Shown: positions 31,895 to 45,319, counted from the stretch's first letter. The stretch: DNA of 64,000 nucleotides from Squalus acanthias (GCA_030390025.1 CM059432.1:111850001-111914000); one strand, 5' to 3'. Notes: generated from the letters alone by a model not told the origin. Made by a program: numbers and translations.

Positions 31895-34800
31895 TAGAAA
31901 CATAGAAAAATAGGAGCAGGAATAGGCCATTCGGCCCTTCGAGCCTGCTCCACCATTCAATATGACCATGGCTGATCCTCTATCTCAATACCATATTCCC
32001 ACTCTCTCCCCATACCCCTTGATGCCTTTTGTGTCTAGAAATCTATCAATCTCCTTCTTAAATATATTCAGTGACTTGGCCTCCACAGCCTTCTGTGGTC
32101 GAGAATTCCACAGGTTCACCACCCTCCGAGTAAAGAAATTTCTCCTCATCGCAGTCCTAAATGTCCTACCCTGTATCCTGAGACTGTGACCCTTCGTTCT
32201 AGATCCCCCCAGCCAGGGGAAACATCCTCCCTGCATCCAGTCTGTCTAGCCCTGTCAGAATTTTATACGTTTCAATTAGTTTTTCTCTCCCTCCTTTTTT
32301 AAATAGTGGGGTTGCATTTGCCACCCTCCAATCTGCAGGAACTGTTCCATAATCTATAGAATTTTGGAAGGTGACAACCAATGCATCCATTATTTCCATG
32401 GCTACCTCTTTTAGTACTCTGGGATGCAGATTATCAGGCCCTGGGGATTTATTGGCTTTCAGTCCCATTAATTTCTCCAGCACTATTTTTTTACTAATAC
32501 TAATTTCCTTTAATTCCTCCTTCTCACTAGACCCTTGGTTCCTTAGCATTTCTGGGAAGTTATTTGTGTTCTCTTCCGTGAAGACAGAACCAAAGTATTT
32601 GTTTAATTGCCTTGCCATTTCCTTGTTCCCCATTATAAATTCTCCCGTTTCTGACTATAAGGGACCTACATTTGTCTTCACTAAACTTTTTCTTTTTACA
32701 TACTTGTAGAAGCTTTTACAATCCACTTTTATGTTCCTTGCAAGTTTACTCTCATACTCTATTTTTCCCCTCTTAATCAATCTCTTGGTCCTTTTTTGCT
32801 GAACTCTAAACTGCTCCCAATTCTCAGGCTTGCTACTTTTTTCTGGCAACTTTATATGACTCCTCTTTGGATCTAATACTATCCTTAATTTCTTTTGTTA
32901 GCCATGGTCACTTTTCCTTTTGTGTTTTCATGCATTTGTTCCTTAAATGTTAGCCATTGCCTATCCACCGTCATGCCTTTTAATGAAGCTCCCCAATCTA
33001 TCATAGCCAACTGACTCCTCATACCTTTGTAGTCTCCTTTATTTAGATTTAGGACCCTAGTTTCAGATTGGACTTCTTCACTTTCCATTTTAATGAAGAA
33101 TTCTATCATGTTATGGTCACTCTTCCCTAAAGGACCCCGCACAACAAGATTATTAATTAACCCCTTCTCATTGCACAATTCCCAATCTAGGATAGCCTGT
33201 TCCCTAGTTGGCTCCTCAACGTACTGGTCTAAAAAAACATCTCGTACACACTCCAGGAATTCATCCTCCACAGTATTATTGCTAATTTGGTTTGGCCAGT
33301 CTATATGTAGATTAAAGTCACCCATGATTACTGTAGTACCCTTGTTACATGCATCTCTAATTTCCTGTCTGATGCTGTCCCCTACATTACCACTATTGTT
33401 TGGCGGCCTATAGACAACTCCCACCAATGTTTTCTGCCCCTTGGTGCTTCTTAGCTCCACCCAAACTGATTCTACAACTTGATTTTCTGAGCCAATATCC
33501 TTTCTCACTATTGCTCTGATTTCATCCTTTACTAACAACGCCACCCCACCTCCTTTTCCTTTTTGCCTGTCCTTCCTAAATATTGAATATCCTTGGATAT
33601 TCAGCTCTCAGCCTTGGTCACCCTGCAGCCATGTCTCCGTAATCGCAATTATATCGTATCCGTTTACATCTACTTGCGCTGTTAATTCATCTACCTTATT
33701 ACGAATGCTTCGTGCATTCAGATACAGTGCCCTTAGATTTGTCTTTTTAACATTTTTAGACATCTTAACATTTTTTTTGTACTATGGCCCTATTTGTCTT
33801 ATTACCATTTTTTCTTACCCGGACCCTATTTGTTAGTGCACTCCTTTGTTTGTACGCTCTGTCCCTTCCTGACACAATCTGGTTATCCTTACCCCAATCA
33901 CTTTCCTGCACTGCTTCCTTGTCTTTTCTCTTTAGCATTCTAGATTTCTCTCCACCGGGACCCCCCCCCCCCCCCACCCCCTTATTTAGTTTAAAGCCCT
34001 ATCTACCTCCCTAGTTATTCGATTCGCTAGAACTCTGGTCCCAGCATGGTTCAGGTGTAGTCCGCCCCAACGGAACAGTACTAGTGCCAGTGCCCCACGA
34101 ATCGAAACCCACTTCTCCCACACCAATCTTTGAGCCAAGCATTCACCTCCCTGATCCTATTGACCCTATACCAATTTGCTCGTGGCTCCGGTAATAATCC
34201 AGAGATTATGACCTTTGTGGTTCTGCTTTTTAATTCAGTCCCTAGCTGCTCAAACTCACTCAGCAGAATATCTTTCTTTGTCCTACCTATGTCATTGGTA
34301 CCTACGTGGACCATGACAGCTGGATCCTCCCCCTCCCACTCCAAGTTCTTCTCCAGCCCGGAGGAGATGTCCTTTACCCTGGCAACATAGGTAGGCAACA
34401 TAGCCTTTGGGACTCACGCTCCTGGCTGCAGAGAACAGTGTCTATCCCCCTAACTATACTGTCGCCTACTATAACCACCTTCCTTTTTACTCCCCCCACT
34501 TGAACGGCTTTCTGTACCACGGTGCCATGGTCAGTTTGCTCGTCCTCCCCGCAGTCCCCGCACTTTTCCACAAGGGTTGCAAGAATCTCGAATCTATTGG
34601 ACAAGTGCAGGGACTGAGGCTCCTGCAATACTACCTCCTGGATCCCCGTACCTGCCTCACTCGCAGTCACACCCTCCTGTCCCTGACCACGTGTCAATTC
34701 TAAAGTATTTAATCTAAGGGGGCTGCCTCCTGGAGCAAAAGGTCCAGGTAACTTTCTCCCTCCCTGATGTCTCGCAATGTCTGCAGCTCGGACTCCAGCT

Positions 34801-34925
34801 CCTCAACTCGGAGCCAAAGTTCCTCGAGCCGCAGACACTTCCCACAGATGTAGTCGCCCTGGATAAAAATGTCCACAAGCTCCCACATATTGCAGCAGCA
34901 ACACATCTCCTGTTCTCCCATTATT
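31895..34925 (-). mobile_element. Near full-length CR1 LINE (ORF1 plus endonuclease) with ~1 kb of the RT deleted
   Basis: ORF1 from 34921 (Cys-rich/zipper region, IVGDSIVRG, HVGTNDIG); endonuclease 32885-33750; junction FKKGGREK|LIETYKI near 32277; tail near 31895. Confidence 0.9.
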
Positions 34926-35714
34926 TTGTTTATTAATTAGTTTAGTGTTAATCAAATTATTTACCTCATTTAGTTTATTAAATTAATTAAATTAAGTTTA
35001 GTTTTTAAAATTTAGTTATATGTTAACTTAAAACTTAGCCCACAGTCACTACCAAATTTAATTAGTCTTACATTTTTTCAGCATTGTAGACAAAATGCTT
35101 GCAAGCAACACACAACATTTTCGGTTTACCAAGTGATGCAAAGCAACTTCCTGAGTTCAATTCTGATAAAGACAAAATAGCTTCTATTTTTGATTGATGC
35201 CCAAGTAAATTATTATCAGTCTGACATTTATACTAGTTTCTTGGATATTTCTCACTGATGTTTGTGTGGAAAAATATGATCTGTTTTAATTAAAAAATTG
35301 AACAGCACCCCAATCATTTCAGTGGGTTTGTTCTCTCCAATGCTGATGACTCTTCGTGACACTTACTACATGCAATATTTGACCTGCAGCTTTGTTCAGT
35401 TGGACAGAAACGACAAGAAGCTATAATGGTAAATGACCTATTACATTCTCGACACTTATAAGTACATTAGAGTTTTCCTTCAATAACAATTGAAGTCTGA
35501 AACACCTTGAGAGGAAATGCAACATGAATCAGGAAACCAACTGGAAAGGGGACCAATTACAATGATTAACGAGCTTTGCACTGGAAAAATCTTTTGTAAG
35601 GAGGAGCAGAAGTTGGATGAGGAGTCTTACTTCTGAACAAGAAGGCACAGCATTCATTGTTTAAGGTATGTTGGTACTGTAAATTATGTAACAAAACAAA
35701 TAAGTAGTTGCTAA

Positions 35715-36450
35715 GGATTTTGAGCGCTACTTAAAGGTATATCACATTTTACTGTTTACTTGCTGCTAGGTGGTTGAAGAGGACTTTTGAAACACATTGG
35801 GAGACATTCTGGGACACTTTATCAAGAATTCACCAACACTCTATCAACATTTATTCTGGAAATTTTCTGAGGACTTCACCCAAAAAGACTAAGCGCTGGG
35901 CTACTCTACCTTATTGGACACCTTATAGGAGTCACCAGGAGAAAGGGAGTGTTTGGTCATGGGGATCTTGCTAGGGGTCCCCCTTGGTCTGCAGGAGGAA
36001 TGGGAGGAGGACATGAGACCAGGCAGAGCAGCACCAGAGAGAGAGGAGGGCAAGGTGGACTCCTTCCCCCCTGTGAGTACAGGACATCCCACCTCCTCCA
36101 CTAGGACCTCCATCATCAGGACCTCCAGTACCGCGTCCGAGAACCTGTGCGCCCTCTCCCTCAGTCTCTGAGCCATCCTGCAACGTGCCACTGTGTGCCA
36201 GCCAGCCCACTCCACACCTTCAGTGGAAGAGGGTGCGAGGAACCCACATATACTGCTCCACGAAAATTGTGTCTCATCAGTGCTCGAGTGCTAAACCTGC
36301 AGGTCTCTGTTTTAGCACCTCCAGCAAGTTCAGATTATGGTAATCAGCAATTAAACCCCAAAATTGTGTGCTAAAACCAGGCTTTCAAACAGGCTTATTA
36401 GCACAGCACCCATTTAGCGTCTGTTTTCACCCTTTCAACAAAGTAACCCC
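35715..36450 (+). mobile_element. Decayed non-autonomous Harbinger
   Basis: Minus-strand MAQRLRERAHRFSDAVLEVL matches the MADF N-terminus; TIR-like AAAGTAACCCC at ~36440-36450; left boundary uncertain. Confidence 0.55.
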
Positions 36451-36998
36451 CATGGGGTTTCCCCACACGCTATTGTAGGAAGGGAGTGCCTGGAATTAGT
36501 CAGCAGCAGTAGCAAATGATGTCAAAACATATGACAAAAGGACAGACAGGAAGTGTTGTTCCATGCCCTTTTAGCCAGAATGCCTGTTTATAGCTGTGCA
36601 AAGTAATTGATATTTCCTGGCATGGTGTTGGAATCGGAATTGCTTTTACAACCTGACATCACATTTATTGTTCAGCAACAGCGACCCGCAGTCCAGCAGC
36701 AAGGCAATCTGGATGGGGCCCTGGCATGGGTCATTGTTTGACTGAAATTATTGATGCACTCTGACCAACAGCTGGGTCAGCTGTCGAAAATAAACTCATC
36801 TTGTTCTCAATTACAATGAGCAAGAAAGAGGAACACATACTGCCTCTGTTTATTTCATAAATGAGAGGAAGGTTTATTCTATGAATGAGCAAGTCCTCAC
36901 AATTCACAGCTGGCAAACGTACACGTGCACTTACAAAAGCATACTCAAAATGCAATAAATTATATATCCCACCGTGTTTCCTTGCTATATATTCTACT

Positions 36999-39366
36999 CC
37001 TCTTCTCTTAGGCAGTCCCGCGGAACCGAGGATGACTTGCTTCCACATTAAAAATGAGTTCTCAGGTGACTGATGAGTCCAATGCGGGACCTACAGGGCT
37101 GGATTTTCATTGACCCTTGGAGGTGGGTTTGGAGGCGTGTGGGGGGTTAAAATTGCGAAAACTGGTGGGCGGGCACAAGCGCGCCTCCATCCCGCCTCCA
37201 CGCAATTTTCATTAAATCATGTCTGCTGGTCCCAACTCCGTCCCGCCTCTAAGAGGCGGGATAGGCTGCTAAGGCCCTTAACAAGCATTAAATTGCCTCT
37301 ATAATGCCATTTTGAAAGGCCTTTGTGATTTTAACCCTTTTTCTACGTGAAGCATGCCTGTTCTGAACCACGAATGTGAAACTTGGCGGGAGCACATTTG
37401 GATAGCTGGCTAGTTGGCTGGCTGGCTGGATGAGGAGACATATCTGGGAGTGGTGGTGCAAAAATATCTGGGAGCAGACTTAGGGCTGCTGCTGCTCATT
37501 TTGCATCCAGGTCCTCTCACAACAAAGGCCAGGTGGTCTTTGCAGACCTTCAATGCAGCAGCAATGATGACATCATCAGAGGCAACTTTCAGACTGAAAA
37601 CACTAATTGGGTCACGGGTTCCCACATGCTGGAACTCAATTGCCCAATTAGGTGAAAATCGCATCAATCTCCCACATCCAATTGCAGTCGGGTGGATAAC
37701 ACGAAAAGTGGATGACACGACCCCAACCCGCCCCAGTATCAAAATCCAGCCCACAGTCTCTGTCACAGGTGGGACAGACGGTGGGCGGGGTGCTTGGGTT
37801 GACGTGCGCTCCTCGCGCTGCTTGCGCTTGGCTTCCGCTTGCTCCCGGCGAAGAGACTCGAGGTGTTCGGCACCTTCCCGGATGCTTCTCCTCCACTTTG
37901 TGCGGTCTTGGGCCAGGGATTCCCAGGTGTCAGTGGAGATGTTGCACTTTTTCAAGGAGGCTTTGAGGGTGTCCTTGAAGCGTTTCCTCTGCTCACCTGG
38001 GGCTCTCGTGCCATGTCGGAGCTCCGAGTAGAGCGCTTGTTTTGGGAGTCTCGTATCGAGCATGCGGACGATGTGACCCGTTCATCGGAGCTGATCGAGT
38101 GTGGTCAAAGCTTCAATGCTGGGGATGTTGGCCTGAGCGAGAACACTGACGTTGGTGCACCTATCCTGCCAATGGATTTGCATGATCTTGCAGAGGCAGC
38201 GTTGGTGGTACCTTGCCAGTGCTTTGAGGTGCCTCCTGTACATGGTCCATGTCTCTGAGGCATACAGGAGGGCGGGTATCACTACTGCTCTGTAGACCAT
38301 GAGCTTGGTGCCGGGTTTGAGGTCCTGGTCTTCAAACACTCTCTTCCTCAGGCGACCGAAGGCTGCACTGGCACACTGAAGACGGTGTTGGACTTCGTCA
38401 TCGACGTCTGCCTTGTTGACAGTAGGCTCCCGAGGTATGGAAAGTGGTCCACGTTGTCCAAGGCCTTGTCGTGAATTTTGATAATCGGGGGGCAGTACTG
38501 TGTGGCGGGGGCAGGTTGGTAGAGGACCTTTGTCTTATGGATGTTTAGTGTAAGGCCCACGCTCTCGTATGCTTCGGTGAAGGTGTTGACGATGGTTTGG
38601 AGTTCGACCTCCGAGTGAGCGCAGATGCAAGCATCGTCTGCATACTGTAATTTGATGACAGAGGATGGGACGACCTTGGATCTGGACTGGAGGCAACGGA
38701 GGTTGAACAGTTTCCCGTTAGTTCTGTAAATTAGCTCCACTCCAGCGGGGAGCTTACTGAGGGTGAGATGGAGCATTGCAGCAAGGAAGATCGAGAAGAG
38801 CGTTGGTGCGATGACATAGCCTTGCTTGACCCCGGTCCGTATGTGAATTGGGTCTGTGGTGGAACCTTTGGTTAGGATCACGGCTTGCATGTCGTCGTGA
38901 AGTAGGTGGAAGATGGTGACAAACTTTTGAGGGCAGCCGAATTTGAGGAGGACACTCCATAATCCCTCACGGTTGATAGTGTCGAAGGCCTTTATGAGGT
39001 CAAAGAAGGCCATGTACAGCGGTTGGTGCTGTTCCCTGCATTTCTCTTGTAATTGACGCGCGATGAAGATCATGTCCATTGTGCCCCTTAGTGGGCGGAA
39101 TCCGCATTGTGATTCTGGGAGGAGCTCTTCGGCCACTGGGAGAAGGCGATTGAGGAGGATCCTTGTGATGACTTTCCTTGTGCCAGTCAGCAGGGAAACT
39201 CCTCTGTAATTACCGCAATCGGACTTATCACCTTTCTTGAAGAGAAACTTGGAGCAGATGGAATCCCTGCCGAGGCACTAAAGCATGGCGGAGAAGCACT
39301 ACTGGCGCGAATTCATGAACTAATTTCTCTTATCTGGAAGGAGGAGAGCATGCCAGGAGATCTCAG
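36999..39366 (-). mobile_element. RTE-clade LINE, 5'-truncated with an inverted 5' segment
   Basis: LPESQCGFR, GVKQGYVIAP, LQYADD, C-terminal CPTCDRDC..RIGLISH; 10-bp TSD ATATTCTACT (36989-36998, 39367-39376). Confidence 0.93.
37096..37752 (+). mobile_element. Harbinger-type MITE (657 bp) inside the RTE
   Basis: Perfect 12-bp TIR GGGCTGGATTTT / AAAATCCAGCCC; TSD ACA; the RTE sequence is continuous across it. Confidence 0.9.
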
Positions 39367-39524
39367 ATATTCTACTTCTACCACATGAATGAAAGGTAAA
39401 TGTGTAACCAGTTTTAAATGTACTAAATTATTGTTTTTAAGTATACTGGTATTGAAGCAATTGAATATTTGTTCACTGGGCATGGTGTAGACAATGCAAA
39501 TCGAAACTGTTAGTAGTTCAACCA

Positions 39525-39915
39525 CAACAACAACAACAGCAACTTGTATTTATGCAGTGCCTTTAACATAGTAAAATGTCCCAAGGCGCTCAACAGGAGC
39601 ATTTTCAAACAAAATTTGACACCGAGACACACAAGGAGATATTAGGGCAGGTGAAAGAGGTAGGATTTAAGAAGTGTCTTAAAGGAGAAAAGAGAGGCGG
39701 AGAGGTTTAGGGAGGGAATTCCAGAGCTTAGGGCCTAGGCAGCAGAAAGCACGGCCACCAATGGTTGAGCGATTATAATCAGGGATGCTCAAGAGGCCAG
39801 AATTAGAGGAGCGCAGATATCTCGGGGGGTTGTGGGGCTGGAGGAGATTACAGAGATAGGGAGGGGCGAGGCCATGGAGGGATTTGAAAACAAGGATGAG
39901 AATTTTAAATTTGAG
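39525..39915 (-). mobile_element. L2-type LINE 3' end
   Basis: (CAA)n tail followed by ACTTGTATTTATGCAGTGCCTTT...GTCCCAAGGCGCT, the same 3' terminus as the SINE at 50735. Confidence 0.72.
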
Positions 39916-41964
39916 GTTGCTTCAGATGCTAATGAGTTAGCATTGATGTTGTTTCCTCATAAACTGCGAATAATAAGCAATTCAATAACTTGTCTCAGAT
40001 ATCTTGTCTCAGTACTCGATAAATGCCTTATGCTCATGTTATTGGAAGGGGTTTGATCTCTTACTGGGTGTGAACAGCCAGAAAATAAATCAGAATCACT
40101 GACACCAACAGGCAGTCTGGCTTTTGGAAAGTGGGCACTGCAAAGGTAGTCAACAACAAAAGGCTACAAGAAGGATTGGGTGCTCGCTAGAGGACTTATA
40201 AATTAGTTTCAAGTCAAGCAAGACAACTCACTGAAGTGAGGTAGCGTAGTGTGTTCATTATTTTGATATTATTCGTGAAGACACGTTGCATTGGTGAAAA
40301 TAACTGAATCTGATCATAATTGTTGGTCCGCATGTCCATTGGATGGGAAATAAAGCAGCTTATTGATTCATATCAAGTCTTGTCCCATCAAGTGTTCACT
40401 CAGTCAATCTTTGGAAGTTGAAGAGATACACTTACAAAAGACACAAATATCTGATTCAGATCACCATACAATTGTTATACCTCTGGGATATGCTATTTTA
40501 CAAGAAGATGTCGAGACAATCTAACTAAGGCAAGCTAATGAATTGCTTATTATTTGCAATCTATGAGGAAACAACATCAACGCTATCTCATTAGCATCTG
40601 AATTACCATTTGTCCCAGACCCCCTTTTCTTTTATTTGAGGAATATACTAGGCTTTACAACATATCTTAAAGTAGCATTTTTTCCAATCTTTTCTATGGA
40701 AAATGGTCAAAAGATCCCTAACCACAACAGTAACATTATTTAGGACTTTTGCAACAAAGGATGGCCCCAGGTGTGCACTATTTCCATTCTATTTGTTTCG
40801 TACATTTCTGCTAACCCAGCTACAGCAATGCTTTTTCAGTCATTGGTCAAAATTACAAACATCACAATCCTAATTTTTTACATTAGCAACATTTGTTGCA
40901 TGACTGAATCCTACACTTTAGCCTTTACAGCCATATGTACACCCCATACCGCAAAATGGAGAGTATTGCTGAACACAGAATAGATCTTCACTATGGCTTT
41001 AATTCCAAAGGTGTTGTTGCTCAACACTTCAGTCACTGTCAATAGCTAGCAATAACCTTCTCTGATTCTTTTCATCATCATGCTGACAACATATATAAAT
41101 CTGCTTGTTTCAATTTCTATTCTACTAGCTTGATATTAATTGATATCACTTGAACTTCTGTCTGTCTTTTCTGGTATTAATGATTACTGCTCAAATTCCT
41201 GGTTGAGCAGTTGCAGAAAATAGCATGATTTATAATGCTGATCTTCATGGTGCATTATTACAATGCTGTTGCGAACTAGAATAACAATGGCACTTTGGAC
41301 AGATCTATCGTCTGGAACAGATAAATTGTAATGCCCATTGCTCCTGAAAAACTAGCTGCTATCAACTTGGGAACTTGATGTGTGAGACAGTAAACTCTCC
41401 CAGGCCTTTCAACATGTGATCTTGCTCTCCAGCTCACTCGCTGACAACAGTCTGGTTCTTTAAAAAAACAGACACAATACTAAAAATCTTCATTGCTCCC
41501 ACATCCTCTTGGCCACTTTTCAAGCCAGCACTTTGACTGGTTTAGTCCAATTAATTATTTGCCTCTTAGAGTTTCTCTTGCTCAGTTCACCATGTCATTG
41601 GCAAAGTCCAGGTCAGTAAGGTAAGTGCTGTTCATCAATAGTAAAAGCAACTGCCTGCCAACTAATTGAGTTAATCACGACACTAAATAGCAACACTGGC
41701 AGAGCAACTCACACCCAGAGTGATCATGAACAGTTCTCAGATTGAACCATTAACCTTAACACAGCCTTAATTATTCTTCTGTGTAACCGTAGGTAACTTA
41801 AATCATTTTCAAAATTTTCTGAAGAGTTTCAGCTTCAAAATCTTCCGGATGGTTGACCAATTAAGGCACTCCACAGCTTTTTTAAAGAAGTTAAATAATT
41901 CATATAAAAGGGATGTTGAAATTCCAAATACTAGTTAAAAAAGCAGAAGAGAATCAAATAAATT

Positions 41965-42707
41965 GAGCAGGTCTTGCGTATGGAGCAAAATTACAAGGTG
42001 CAATCGAGCAATTGCGCCTAAATGTGCTCAAAATTGCGCTGATTAGGTTACAGTTCGAGTTTCCACTGAAATTCATTTGCATAATCACAAACGTAAAATC
42101 TTCAATGAACCAGTGCAGTCGGGTAGCGTAATAGAACTTAATTGTTTCTTTAATTTTCTTTCCATTAATGTGTTTAAGAGTGGTAACCTGGTGCAGTTTT
42201 ATTAACACAGCTGAAAATGGGTTTAACACCAAAAATATGCATTTTTAATAAGAGTGTCTAGTCCACCACCTGTGAGTAACTGATTTAAAATCACTGAAAA
42301 TGACTTTAAAAAAAAACTATACTGAACCATTTAAAAGTTTCATTGGTGTAAACTAGTCAGTTTCTTAGTGAACTACATATTTTTTGAGATGGAAAAAACG
42401 TTCAAAACGTGCCTACCAATGCCTCTGCGCCGAAGAAATGAGCGTAGTTTGAAGAGCCTTCCCTAACAAGCACAATCGGCGGAATCTCACAATTTTGACC
42501 CAGGGCGCGTGGCCAATTTTGTGGGCGGGGCCTGAACCAGCAAATTGAACCTTGAACCAGCATAATAGATCATGGAAAACACGAACGTAAGTGGTTTTGG
42601 GCTTAACTCGCTTACGTTTAAAATTCCCCGATCTTTTGCGCTGGTTCGGCCGATTCCGCCCGGATTGTGCTGATATTACTGTGGTAAATGAGCGGAAACT
42701 CTACCCC
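41965..42707. mobile_element. Probable decayed Harbinger-type MITE
   Basis: CpG-richer ends around an AT-rich core; right end AAACTCTACCCC resembles the Harbinger TIR; left end not resolved. Confidence 0.4.
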
Positions 42708-42954
42708 AAAATATTTTAAAATGTTATTTTAATATTTATTCAGAAACAGTACAATTTAAGAAAATTTATTGACAAGAAGCAGTCAAATTTTTAAGAGGGT
42801 CATGATTCTGAGATTGTACACTAATCAAATAAATATGGATAATGCATGAAAATATGGAGGGCAAGGAAGAACAGCAGACAACCAGGGAAAAGAATACTGC
42901 AGATCACACAACATGTGCCTTTCCCTGCCCCGGATGCAAAGAGAACATCAAACA

Positions 42955-44008
42955 TATTCAAGGGGAAAACTCTCCACTGGCTGCAGTCATACCTAGACCA
43001 AAGGAAGATGGTTGTGGTTGTTGGAGGCCAATTATCTCAGCCCCAGGACATCGCTGCAGGCAGTATCCTAAGTCCAACCATCTTCAGCTGCTTCATCAAT
43101 GACCTTCCCTCCATCATGAGGTCAGAGGTGGGGATGTTCGCTGATGATTGCACAGTGTTCAGTTCCATTTGTAACTCCTCAGATAATGAAGCAGTCTGAG
43201 CCCGCATGCAGCAAGACCTGGATGACAGTCAGGCTTGGGCTGATAAGAGGCAAGTACCATTTGCGCCATACAAGTGCCAGACAATGACCATCTCCAACAA
43301 GGTAGTGTCGAGCCACCTCCCCTTGACACTCAATGGGATTACCATCGCTGAATCCCCCACCATCAACAACCTGAGGGTCATCATTGACTAGAAACTTAAC
43401 TGGACCAGCTACATAAATACTATGGCTGCAAGAGCAGGTTTGAGGCTGGATATTCTGTGGCGAGTGTCTCACCTCCTAACTCCCCAAAGCCTTTCCACCT
43501 TCTACAAGACACAAGTCAGGAGTGTGATGGAATACGCTCCACTTGCCTGGATGAGTGCAGCTCCAACAACACTCAAGAAGCTCAACACCATCCAGGACAA
43601 AGCAGCCCGCTTGATTGACACCCCATCTACCACTTTAAACATTCACTCCCTCCACTACCGGAGTACCGTGGCTGCAGTGTGTACCATCTACAAGATGCGC
43701 TGGTTTCTTTGATAGCACCTCTACCACCTAGAAGGACAAGGGCTGCAGGCGCATGGGAACACCACCACCTTCAAGTTCCCCTCCAAGTCACACACCATCC
43801 TGACTTGGAAATTTATCGCCGTTCCTTCATTGTCGCTGGGTCAAAATCCTGGAACTCCCTCCCTAACAGCACTGTGGGAGCACCTTCACTACCCGGACTG
43901 CAGTGGTTCAAGAAGGCGGCTCACCACCACCTTCTCAAGGGCAACTAGGGATGGGCAATAATTGCTGGCCTTGCCAGCGACACCCACAGCCCCTGAATGA
44001 ATAAAAAA
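42955..44008 (+). mobile_element. CR1/L2-group LINE, 3' 1 kb
   Basis: WLQSYLDQRKMVVVVGG, MFADDCTVF, QVRSVMEYAPLAW; 3' UTR ends TGAATGAATAAAAAAA. Confidence 0.85.
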
Positions 44009-44115
44009 ATTGGGCCGGATTTTCCGCATCCGTAGGGGCCTCGCAAGTGCCAGTTTCAGGCACGCGAAGCGCATGCGCTGAAAACCGACGCTTGCGATCT
44101 GTCAAGAATTCTCTT

Positions 44116-44375
44116 AGCTGTATTTTGCTGTGTCTTTGATGTAATGCCTTCCTGACTGATTGTATCTCTGCCAAGGTGGTGTGATGGAGGGCAGTCAGAA
44201 ACACATTGTTCTCTGTCTATATATGCTTTGTATCTGATTTGTATTCCCTCACTTTACCTGACGAAGGAGCAGCGCTCCGAAAGCTCGTGATTTCAAATAA
44301 AACTGTTGGACTATAACCTGGTGTTGTGCGACTTCTCATTTTTGTCCACCCCAGTCCAACACCGGCATCTCCGCA
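44116..44375 (+). mobile_element. Penelope-like solo pseudo-LTR with 3' extension
   Basis: 14-bp TSD TCAAGAATTCTCTT (44102-44115, 44376-44389); TATA-like TATATA near 44218; AATAAA near 44296; 3' ~110 nt nearly identical to 9823-9946. Confidence 0.85.
44254..44290 (+). ncRNA. Minimal type I hammerhead ribozyme (Penelope-type)
   Basis: TTAC-CTGACGA-A-GGAGC-agc-GCTCC-GAAA-GC-TC-GTGA; predicted cleavage after UC at 44286. Confidence 0.83.
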
Positions 44376-45319
44376 TCAAGAATTCTCTTGACAGATCATC
44401 CGTGTGCCCGGAAAAAGTGCCTCTGCGGGTGGAGAGTTGCGCTTTTTGCATGCTGAAAGGCCATAGAATTCTTATGCCTGGTAAAAGTAGGCATAAGGCC
44501 TGCTTTACCAGCTTAAGAGTGTTGAAAAATAGAACAATTAAATTTGATAACTCATTTATAAATTAAAAATACTCTTCAAAAATGTAAGTTTATTTTTAGC
44601 CCCGTAAAAACATTTAATTTTTTCTTCAAAAAATTAATTTGTTTAATTTGTTTTAATTAAATGGAATTTTATTTAATTTTAATTATGTAATTTAAAATAA
44701 AATGTATTTAATGTTTTAGTGTGTTTTTAAATGTGTTCTGTCCCTACAGACCTGTCAAGAGTATGAAGGGGGATTTCCTTCTTTGATTGGTTCGCCTGGC
44801 CCCTGGGATACCTGGGCCTCTGCACATTTCCAACAGGAGAGGCCCAGGATCGCAAGCCTCGGGAACTACCGAACCAGCAGGTAAGTTCGTAGATTTTTTT
44901 CCGATCGGAGGCATCGCCCGCAGGAAGCCTCCGATCGGAAATTCAGGGCCAATGATTTCAGTGATCAAGTAAATGTTGGGTAATAGAGGGTTCCTTTTGT
45001 GCTGGTAAAATGCTACCTCAAGACCTAATTATGTCCAATCTCACAATATAATCAAGCAGAAAACAGAAGAAAGTGTTCAATGGAACAGCCTGAAGCGTAT
45101 TGTAGGACTTGGTTCCAAAGTTCATGAAAATGAGGGCACTATTGTAGCAAGGCGACTGCTGTACAGAATGAACTAGCAGGCTGTTTATTAAAAGATTGCC
45201 AAAAAAGAGCTTTCTGATGTAAAATCTGCGCAAATACCTGTACCTACATACAAAGACAAATAAGATGTAAACAAAAATGTTTCTACAAATTAAAGGCATC
45301 TAATACTCAACTAAACAGA

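Larger units (their letters stand above)
44012..44950 (+). mobile_element. Harbinger-type MITE interrupted by a Penelope-like insert
   Basis: Imperfect TIRs GGGCCGGATTTTCCG / CGGAAATTCAGGGCC; AT-rich core; TSD imperfect (ATT/AAT). Confidence 0.65.

Noticed and set aside
39920..41960. AT-rich unique stretch as a gene or structured RNA
   Set aside because: Only short ORFs and no motif, repeat or structure I can support.
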